Shown piece after piece: positions 1-6,353 of a stretch of 11,352 nt of DNA; positions within the stretch are counted from its first letter, which is position 1; each line of letters starts with the position of its first letter. The DNA is taken from contig JBDREQ010000041.1 of assembly GCA_043819555.1 (NCBI GenBank), positions 1 to 11,352 on the forward strand. Direction: 5' to 3'. The notes beneath the pieces were generated by a model. It was not told where the DNA came from. It did not search any database and saw only the letters and a program-made list of their open reading frames with translations. The DNA is from Candidatus Zixiibacteriota bacterium. GTDB taxonomy: Bacteria; Zixibacteria; MSB-5A5; GN15; JAAZOE01. The translations under genes and the position numbers were made by a program.

Positions 1-141
1 GTGAAATACTTGTAGGATAGCCTTGAGTGACGCTTAGATTGCTGTGCAAACTCAAGGCGAACACATTATCAGCAATCTATGCATGTAGACGCTTAAATGA
101 AAGATTCTCGGACGGGGGTTCGACTCCCCCCGCCTCCACCA
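1..141 (+). ncRNA. ssrA: tmRNA 3' portion (5' part lies outside the window)
   Basis: Ends in GCATGTAGAC...TCTCGGACGGGGGTTCGACTCCCCCCGCCTCCACCA: T-arm (GGGGG-TTCGACT-CCCCC), alanine-type acceptor 3' strand CTCCACCA and the upstream GTAGA...GGAC signature typical of tmRNA. No anticodon arm is visible. Confidence 0.9.
119..141 (+). repeat. attL core, 23-bp direct repeat of the tmRNA 3' end
   Basis: TTCGACTCCCCCCGCCTCCACCA is identical to 9736-9758. Confidence 0.93.
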
Positions 142-257
142 GTCTTCGTTCGCAACGAAGTGGAGAACGAAGACTGCCACGGCGAAGTCATAAAGACGAA
201 GCCGGGCAACTTCTCCACAGAAAACGTTAGTTGCGAACTACGCCTTGGCGAGCCAGT
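140..257. repeat. REP-like multi-hairpin element between the tmRNA CCA and the GIY-YIG gene
   Basis: Perfect 12-bp inverted repeat CAGTCTTCGTTC (140-151)/GAACGAAGACTG (165-176). Second hairpin CGGC-GAA-GTC-ATAAA-GAC-GAA-GCCG (180-204) with symmetric GAA loops. Motif CTACGCCTTGGCGAGCCA resembles CTACGGATGGCAGGCCA after attR. Confidence 0.65.
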
Positions 258-309
258 CTAATATGAAGGCCGAGTTGAAAGCGAAACCACAAGCCTAATA
301 AGACATGAA

Positions 310-558
310 ATGAGTGAGTTTAATTATGTCTATATCCTCTCAAGCGAGGTAGACGCAACACGCCATTACACCGGGTTGACCGACGATCTCGATGCCCGTC
401 TCAAAGCCCATAATTCAGGGCAAGTTACACACACCGTAAAATACCGTCCCTGGAAGATTGATACAGCCATTGCATTTCGCTCCAGAAAAAAGGCCGCGGC
501 CTTTGAGAAGTACCTCAAGTCTCATTCCGGTCGAGCCTTTGCGTCAAAGCATTTTTAA
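310..558 (+). CDS. Small stand-alone GIY-YIG nuclease family protein (YhbQ/YazA/SLX1-like), 82 aa
   Basis: YVYIL...HYTG-T-DL--RL--HN-G...T--YRPW...A--FEKYLKS motifs. Confidence 0.92.
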   Translation: MSEFNYVYILSSEVDATRHYTGLTDDLDARLKAHNSGQVTHTVKYRPWKIDTAIAFRSRKKAAAFEKYLKSHSGRAFASKHF

Positions 559-562
559 ATCT

Positions 563-622
563 GAACGCTACCTCAAATCCGGTTTGGGCCATGCCTTTGC
601 CAATCGCCACTTCCGGGTTTGA
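563..622 (+). pseudogene. C-terminal remnant of a second GIY-YIG paralogue
   Basis: Reads ERYLKSGLGHAFANRHFRV*, colinear with EKYLKSHSGRAFASKHF* of the intact gene immediately upstream. No start codon or N-terminus. Confidence 0.8.
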
Positions 623-740
623 ATACATCCTGCCTTGTCGTTAACATAGTGGGTAACGCCCTTAAATTTATAGGAATCGTATTCTATCAATTGATAATTT
701 TTCTTGCCGGCAATTACTGCTTTCATATCGATTTGAGAAT

Positions 741-1400
741 TTAGAATATTAAGGGCATCCCATTTATGTCAATGAAAGCCGAGGCATCCTTCACTGTGAG
801 ATAGGCCATTTTTACACCAAACGCTTTTGGGCTTTCATCGTCCAAGCCCTTGGAATCCATATTCAGGTTCCGGCCAAGATCGATCAGGTAACTGAGCTGT
901 TTGTTGGTAATCCGGCCTTCACCATTTCCATTGCCTCCATTACTGCCGTTGCTTCCTCGACGGTCATAGCTTCTCCCCGAATTATTATTCACCGGTCCGG
1001 GCTGATTGGCGCGTTCGTGAAGCGAGGAGTCGCCGTTATACAGATGAAGTCCTACGCCTAATAGCGTGGCTGCCTTTTTCAGAGCATCTGTAGCCGCTGC
1101 CTTCAGATCATCCGCGATGGATATGACCTCCCCGGTTTCCTTCACCCTGGTGATCATGCTTGAGCCAAACTGCGTTTTAACTACATTTTCAGCAGTCAGC
1201 TTTCCAAGAACAATCACTTCACCGACATCATTATGGATCTCGTGTTCAAGGATCTCAAATGACCATGCTGAATCAAAAGCATCGTTAAGCCTTTGAATGA
1301 CCGTATGGCCTTCAACATAATCAAGCATCTTGCCAAAATTACCTTCACGTTGCTTTACCTGTTCGGGAGCAAATGGCTTTTCCAATAGTTCTCTATTCAT
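741..1400 (-). CDS. Rad52/Rad22-family single-strand annealing protein (Sak/DdrA-like), 219 aa
   Basis: L-KPF-PEQVKQREG-FGK-LDYVEGHTVIQRLNDAF---WSFEI...LKAAATDALKKAATLLGVGLHLY, then a Gly/Asn linker and an ITNKQL C-terminal domain. Start reassigned to ATG at 1400, which has SD AAAGGAGGA at 1407-1415. Confidence 0.9.
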   Translation of the reverse strand: MNRELLEKPFAPEQVKQREGNFGKMLDYVEGHTVIQRLNDAFDSAWSFEILEHEIHNDVGEVIVLGKLTAENVVKTQFGSSMITRVKETGEVISIADDLKAAATDALKKAATLLGVGLHLYNGDSSLHERANQPGPVNNNSGRSYDRRGSNGSNGGNGNGEGRITNKQLSYLIDLGRNLNMDSKGLDDESPKAFGVKMAYLTVKDASAFIDINGMPLIF

Positions 1401-1443
1401 GATGTATCCTCCTTTATGAATTAAATTGATTGGGCCTAAACGC

Positions 1444-1480
1444 AAAAAAGGCCCGCCGAGAGCAAATTCCCGACGGGCCT
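1444..1480 (-). terminator. Intrinsic terminator just upstream of the Rad52-like gene
   Basis: Minus strand AGGCCCGTCGGGA-ATTTGC-TCTCGGCGGGCCT (13-bp stem, 2 G:U pairs) followed by a T run. Confidence 0.7.
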
Positions 1481-2010
1481 GGTTGTTGGTTATGACGGTT
1501 ACAATACCGACACCTACTCTAATTCCTTAACTGGAGCTATTCACCTCCTTTCTGAATAAGAATATTTTTATGAAGTGTGATTGGATAAACTCTGATCATT
1601 CGGGGAACAAAGACTTATCGCATGTGATAGATGAGGACAATGGGATACCCCCCCTATAATAATCCGGCTGGATTAATCCCTTCACCTCAGTGCTTGGGAC
1701 CAAGAGGCAATTATTATCTGAATCAGAAAAAGTTCACATATGATACAGTGTGGGTGCCAGATATTATTATCGGCTTCTCTTAAAATCGCTTCGACCATGA
1801 TATTGGTATGAAAAGGCTCGATAAATAAGCGAGAGGTGTTTTGGTAAGGGCTTTGGTATAGGTTAGGGGCGTTCGTTGAACCTGGGCTGAATTTGGATTT
1901 CTGTGGGCATGTTTAGAGGTAATTCCTCAGAATCTGCAACTACTTACGGTTAGCAGTAAATAAATCACCATATACTCCAGCTCACCTTATCCATGCCCTT
2001 CTACATTCCT

Positions 2011-2445
2011 CTATCTATTCCAGTAGCTGTATCCGCCAGACCTCCACCAATACCGTAAATCCACTGCCCTATAAATACTGATGGGTCTTTTTTTGTAATC
2101 TTTCTATCCCGTGAAAGAATGTCTTGTTTTGCTTCCCTTTGAAGTTCTTCATCATCGCCTACAAGTTCAACCACTTTATCTACTGCCTCAGCAAATTTAG
2201 CGTCATTTTTTATAGTTCTGTCACTGACCTTAAATTCTTTAGCTAATCTTTCTGCGGTTTTTGGGGGGAAAAAGTTTCCTCCCCAAAAACTCTATCAGAT
2301 CTTCCAGTAGCCGCTTTCTTTTCTTCCTTATACCTTTGACCTCTCAAATAGCTGATTTCCTCTGGTGTTAAATTTCTTCTGCCAAGCTGATTGTTGATTA
2401 TCCAATTTATTGCTTCATCATCATTCTCAAACTCTATGGTTTTTA
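2011..2445 (-). pseudogene. Phage-type ParB-like/HTH protein fragment, 5'-truncated and frameshifted
   Basis: Manual translation gives KTIEFENDDEAINWIINNQLGRRNLTPEEISYLRGQRYKEEKK..., then after a frameshift near 2260-2280 KTAERLAKEFKVSDRTIKNDAKFAEAVDKVVELVG...EAKQDILSRDRKITKKD. NQLGRRNL plus an HTH is typical of phage ParB-like proteins. Not in the ORF track. Confidence 0.75.
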
Positions 2446-2654
2446 GACGGCCTGGTTTTTCATGAAGACATGGTGGTGATTCTGGTTGTGATTAAATGCT
2501 ACCTATATTGATGGACATTTGTTCTTTACAATTCAATATGTTATGACTACTATACTATTGACCAATAAAATCAGCACGTTGCTGTCGTAAAATTCTTTAT
2601 CAAATTCCTTCAAAATCTGGTAAGGTTTCAATTACCATACGAAATATTCAATAG

Positions 2655-2683
2655 AATTGAAATTATTGCGACGATAGACCTTG
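2655..2683 (+). repeat. 29-bp dispersed repeat, copy 1
   Basis: AATTGAAATTATTGCGACGATAGACCTTG matches 4031-4059 with one mismatch. Confidence 0.85.
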
Positions 2684-2695
2684 GCAAGCTATGTT
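2666..2695 (+). promoter_or_regulatory. Candidate sigma70 promoter facing the cassette array (Pc-like position)
   Basis: TTGCGA, 18-bp spacer, TATGTT; about 85 bp upstream of the attI-like site. Confidence 0.3.
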
Positions 2696-2731
2696 AGAAG
2701 GCAAGTATCACTCACTTGAACCAGGTGTCCG

Positions 2732-2787
2732 TAATTCCCGGTTTATTTAATATGCGCGAATTAATTCCCAACAATTATAAGTTAGCG
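2732..2787 (+). other. attI-like integron recombination site
   Basis: CCCAAC-AATTATAA-GTTAGCG core with TAATTCCC direct repeats (2732-2739, 2762-2769). No attC hairpin precedes this GTT, yet GTTAGCGTTT is complementary to the end of the downstream cassette. Confidence 0.5.
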
Positions 2788-2804
2788 TTTGAAGAGGTAA
2801 AACA

Positions 2805-3188
2805 ATGAATACAATTGCTCCTTATATCCCTTTAATTGTTTTATTTGCATTAATATCAATACCATTCATAATTGCGCGAAAAAAATCTCAGTGCTCCGCC
2901 TACACTATTGTTTGCCCAAAATGCAAGTCTGAAACAACCGGTAAATTGAGATTATCCTTTTTAGGGTTAAAAAGTATTAAGTGTCAGCATTGCGAAAAAA
3001 CAATTAAATTACCACTTACGTGGGGTATGAGAATTTCTTACTTAATAGTATTTATTATTTTGGCCTTTAGTATGATTAATGAATTTAATGTAGTCACATT
3101 ATTATTTATCGTATTGATTCTGATAGCATTATTTAATGACTTAAAGGCTGTCCTATCCCACAAAAACGCTAACAAAAGGTTTCAGTAG
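2805..3188 (+). CDS. Gene-cassette membrane protein with a zinc ribbon, 127 aa
   Basis: N-terminal TM, CPKC...CQHC, two C-terminal TMs, SD GAGG. Bounded by GTTAGCGTTT (2781-2790) and its exact reverse complement AAACGCTAAC (3164-3173). Confidence 0.8.
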   Translation: MNTIAPYIPLIVLFALISIPFIIARKKSQCSAYTIVCPKCKSETTGKLRLSFLGLKSIKCQHCEKTIKLPLTWGMRISYLIVFIILAFSMINEFNVVTLLFIVLILIALFNDLKAVLSHKNANKRFQ

Positions 3189-3213
3189 ACCTCAAAAAGC
3201 CGCGGCCGCTGAA
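3167..3213 (+). other. attC site, right end truncated
   Basis: R'' CGCTAAC, L'' TTTCAG ... L' CTGAA. R' is missing and the sequence runs into a gene remnant. Confidence 0.6.
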
Positions 3214-3246
3214 GAGTATATTTAATGAGTATTGTCCAATGCGTAA

Positions 3247-3438
3247 GATGATTTTATCAAACAAGTGGCCGATGCAAGAAATGATTTTGTCCACGATGGG
3301 AACACTTGGAAAATCAAGGATAGTATGGCAGATGACTGCATGAATAAAATATATCCTATGCTCAGCCTTCATGCATATCTTCATAACTATTTTGTACATG
3401 AGATTTATGATTTTAATAAAAATGAAGAAAGCTCATAA
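3247..3438 (+). pseudogene. 3' remnant of a cassette gene with a HEPN-like RxxxxH motif
   Basis: Open frame DDFIKQVADARNDFVHDGNTWKIKDSMADDCMNKIYPMLSLHAYLHNYFVHEIYDFNKNEESS*. Its stop codon overlaps the R'' (TCATAAC) of the next attC. Confidence 0.6.
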
Positions 3439-3496
3439 CCCCCGCTTTCACGACGACGTCCTAAAAGACGGGCGTGTGTGAAGCGCCCCGATGGCA
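3433..3496 (+). other. attC site, degenerate R'
   Basis: TCATAAC-CCCC-GCTTTCAC ... GTGAAGC-GCCCC-GATGGCA. The L boxes pair with one extrahelical base, and the GTT core reads GAT. Confidence 0.6.
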
Positions 3497-3498
3497 TT

Positions 3499-3906
3499 AT
3501 GGAGACACTGCTTATATCCTTGGGAACCGGTATCGTCTGTGCTCTCGTCGGCACTTGCGTTGGATTTCGTCTCGGTCGAGGGGCAAAAGCACAAGACGAC
3601 CGGGAGGAACTGATCCGCGACGTTGCAGAGAAATACCGCGAGTTTCGCCAGCAGGACAGAACGCCTGGGGTCTATGGCCTGATCAAATCTGGAGTCGAAC
3701 GCCTCAATACTCATCAAGAGGTAGAGAGAACCGTCCAACTTATTGAGTCCTTTGGCATCAAAGACCCCTTTAGCACAATCAGACACCAACTTACCGGAAG
3801 AGACCTCCGCGACCTGTTCCGTGCGATGCGGGAAGGGAAATTCAACGCACGTCTTCCTGGTGGCGTGAGAATGGCCATTGAGAAGACGGCCATGTTGAAG
3901 GAATAG
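3499..3906 (+). CDS. Gene-cassette hypothetical protein with an N-terminal TM anchor, 135 aa
   Basis: Start reassigned to ATG 3499 (METLLISLGTGIVCALVG...) because 3478 lies inside the attC. Visibly GC-richer than its neighbours. Bounded by GATGGCATT and AATGCTAAC (7/9 complementary). Confidence 0.72.
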   Translation: METLLISLGTGIVCALVGTCVGFRLGRGAKAQDDREELIRDVAEKYREFRQQDRTPGVYGLIKSGVERLNTHQEVERTVQLIESFGIKDPFSTIRHQLTGRDLRDLFRAMREGKFNARLPGGVRMAIEKTAMLKE

Positions 3907-3909
3907 GAA

Positions 3910-3959
3910 TGCTAACAACACGCTGGAGGCTCCTGCGCGCTTCAGTGTGGATATTACAA
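3910..3959 (+). other. Short degenerate attC site
   Basis: TGCTAAC-AAC-ACGCTGGAG ... CTTCAGTGT-GGAT-ATTACAA; the R' GTT reads ATT. Confidence 0.55.
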
Positions 3960-4030
3960 CACAACTGCTATAAATAATAAGTCAGATATTAACCCAGCCA
4001 CTTATCATTACGAAACGGAATCTTTTATAA

Positions 4031-4059
4031 AATTGAAATTATTGCGACGATAGACTTTG
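4031..4059 (+). repeat. 29-bp dispersed repeat, copy 2 (upstream of the SIR2 gene)
   Basis: AATTGAAATTATTGCGACGATAGACTTTG. Confidence 0.85.
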
Positions 4060-4119
4060 AAGTTTGAAGCAAGTGGTCGAATACCGGGGCATAAATGATT
4101 TATTCATTGGATAATCATT

Positions 4120-5208
4120 ATGGCAATCAATAAAAGGATCATTACATCTCCCATAATCCTTTTTCTCGGTGCTGGTGCCTCAGTTCCCCTTGGGAAACCC
4201 ACCATGAAAGAATTTGTCACCAAATTAGAACAGCTCATTCCCAGGTACAACAAGCGCAGCCAGATATTTCATAAAATAGCAGCCTTTCGTAATAAAGATC
4301 TTGAAGAAATTCTTGGTGATCTTGAAAAACTTCATAGCCTTCAATACATAAATTCATTCAATATTAGGTCTTTGGGACTTACTACAGATGATAAAAGCTA
4401 TGAGGATTTGCTAATTGAAATCGACAATACTGAGGTAGACGCTCTAATATCTATTATTAAACACGAGATCATTAAAGAATACCGTGAATTAGAGGAAAAA
4501 TCAGTTTTGCAGGTCTACGAACCACTTTTCGAGACAATTTTTTCTTCAATAGGTCCAAGGAAGCATTTTTTACCTGTTTTCACAACAAATTATGATTTGG
4601 CAGTGGAAGAATTTTGTAGATTAAAAATGCAGGACTATGGCTTAACAAATGGAATTGAAGCAGACCATTTTTCTAAGGAATTTTTCTGGAACCCATCCAT
4701 ATTTCAATCGCTGAGCCTAATAGAGGGTAGACGACAAATCGTGCTTTTCAAACTCCATGGTTCAGTGGATTGGATTCGCTTAAGGACAAGCGGCAAAATC
4801 GTTAAATCTCCGTCAATGTATGATAGGTTGGATTCGAAGGTATACCAGAATGTCATCATCTATCCGACAGGGGATAAAATTGCTATTGATGAACCTTTTG
4901 TAACTAACTACAGGTACCTTACAAAATGTTGTGAAAAAGCGAAACTGATGATCGTAATAGGCTATTCATTTAGGGATTATGGGACTATTAATGCTCTTGT
5001 TAATGCTTTTGATCTAAATAGAGGTTTCTACATGATATTGATTTCCCCCCATGCAGAGGACGTTCTACAGTCTATCCCACATGAATTCACATTTAATTTT
5101 GTTAACCCTATCCCTTCTTGTTTTGGTGAAGCTTCTAATGAGAATGAATATCTTGATAGTATAAAGAAATGGATTAGCAGTAGAATTCAAATGGTGTACA
5201 AAGAATAA
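4120..5208 (+). CDS. SIR2-family (SIR2_2-like) protein, putative anti-phage NADase, 362 aa
   Basis: FLGAGAS, FTTNYD, KLHGSVDW, IIYP and IGYSFRD motifs in canonical order. Confidence 0.92.
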   Translation: MAINKRIITSPIILFLGAGASVPLGKPTMKEFVTKLEQLIPRYNKRSQIFHKIAAFRNKDLEEILGDLEKLHSLQYINSFNIRSLGLTTDDKSYEDLLIEIDNTEVDALISIIKHEIIKEYRELEEKSVLQVYEPLFETIFSSIGPRKHFLPVFTTNYDLAVEEFCRLKMQDYGLTNGIEADHFSKEFFWNPSIFQSLSLIEGRRQIVLFKLHGSVDWIRLRTSGKIVKSPSMYDRLDSKVYQNVIIYPTGDKIAIDEPFVTNYRYLTKCCEKAKLMIVIGYSFRDYGTINALVNAFDLNRGFYMILISPHAEDVLQSIPHEFTFNFVNPIPSCFGEASNENEYLDSIKKWISSRIQMVYKE

Positions 5209-5274
5209 CACTGAGGTCTAAAATCTACTTTTCCTCTATAATAGATACCTGAAAAGAGTTTGAGGTGTTAAGTT

Positions 5275-5838
5275 ATGGAAAATTTAATTGATTGTGGCCA
5301 TTGTGGTGCTAAAATCTCTGACACGGCCCTAAAATGTCCAACTTGTTTTAAAGACACGGGTGATAAAGAGACCCTGATTAAGAAAATAGGTTTATCCGCT
5401 GCTGGCGTTTCTATAGGTGCAACGCTATTAGGTCCAGTTGGGATTGCTACTATGGTTGTGGGCGGGTTTTTCTGGGCATTATCTGATCGTCAGCTGAAGA
5501 AAATGGCGAAGAAACTTGGTGCAATCGATTTGTTCTATCTTACAGATGCTGAATGGGTTTTGGTCACAGAAACAAATTTTGTCATAGTTTTTCTATCGGG
5601 GGGAGCATTGGAAACAGCGAATTTCTTGCGAAGCGATCTGCATAAAGTTTTTATTGATGAGAACAAATCTAAGAGTGGCGGATTTCTCTCAAAAAAACGT
5701 ACCGTATTACAGTTGGATTTTTTTGATACAAATTTTAGAAAAATGGAAGTTAGCTATAAATATAAATTTAAAGGAAAGAATTCACGTGCGGAGGCTGAAT
5801 TGGTTCTCATAAAATTCAAAGAATATCAAACGCCATAA
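5275..5838 (+). CDS. Zinc-ribbon membrane protein, 187 aa
   Basis: CGHCGAKISDTALKCPTC N-terminal zinc ribbon, Gly/Ala-rich hydrophobic hairpin, beta-rich C-terminus; SD GAGGTG. Confidence 0.8.
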   Translation: MENLIDCGHCGAKISDTALKCPTCFKDTGDKETLIKKIGLSAAGVSIGATLLGPVGIATMVVGGFFWALSDRQLKKMAKKLGAIDLFYLTDAEWVLVTETNFVIVFLSGGALETANFLRSDLHKVFIDENKSKSGGFLSKKRTVLQLDFFDTNFRKMEVSYKYKFKGKNSRAEAELVLIKFKEYQTP

Positions 5839-6353
5839 ACTCTATACCGCTTAATCTCTGAGGCTTGTGGCTGATACCCCCCCTCTTCTACTAACTATGC
5901 TTTGCCTTGGAAAGTCGATTGTCGTGGCGATTTGGGCGTCTTACCTGCGGAAGTAAAGGGGATGATGATAGAGATAAAAAAATAGGCAGAAAATGTTGTC
6001 AAGGTCTTGACATGAAAAAAATGAAGATAGTTGGTTTTTATCAAGATTGTATGGAGGTCAATCGGTAGCTGGTCTAAATATCAAGATGGCTGGCAGGGCT
6101 TGTGAGATATTTGTTTCATATAAAGCCGATAATCCTCGGGGTAAGGGGATAGGCTTGGGAAAGCTAAAGGACTGCCTGCTCCCTCCCTCTCATTGGCACG
6201 ATTAGAAAATGCTTGATCTTATGACTTCTGATTTGTATATGTAAATATTATATTTAATAGATTCAAGCGTTTGGCAAGCTATGTTGCGTCCAGACCGGTG
6301 CTTGTTTATTATGACTACAAGATGTACCCCGTTTCTAAAGAGGATATTATAGG

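Noticed and set aside
70..141. tRNA-Ala
   Set aside because: Only a T-arm and the acceptor 3' strand are present; there is no D or anticodon arm, and the context fits tmRNA.
27..230. 67-aa ORF
   Set aside because: Overlaps the tmRNA 3' end and the palindromes; not a plausible protein.
1066..1296. 76-aa ORF on +
   Set aside because: Antisense shadow of the Rad52-like gene.
1644..1655. GATACCCCCCCT repeated near 5873
   Set aside because: Only 12 bp and mostly homopolymer; compatible with chance.
3169..3921. ORFs 3169-3399(-), 3448-3921(-) and 3474-3746(+)
   Set aside because: Shadows of the + strand cassette genes, whose frames fit the attC boundaries.
2655..4059. CRISPR interpretation of the 29-bp repeat
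   Set aside because: Only two copies ~1.4 kb apart, no spacer periodicity and no cas genes.
5203..5240. GAATAAC at the SIR2 stop as a possible attC R''
   Set aside because: No pairing L boxes or R', and no complementary GTT site seen upstream of the gene.
6230..6258. dif/pdif-like site (TTATATTTAAT)
   Set aside because: The XerD-like half is 9/11, but the XerC half and spacer do not fit; the context is AT-rich.
6271..6288. sigma54 promoter TTGGCA...TTGC
   Set aside because: GG-to-GC spacing is 11 nt rather than the required 10.
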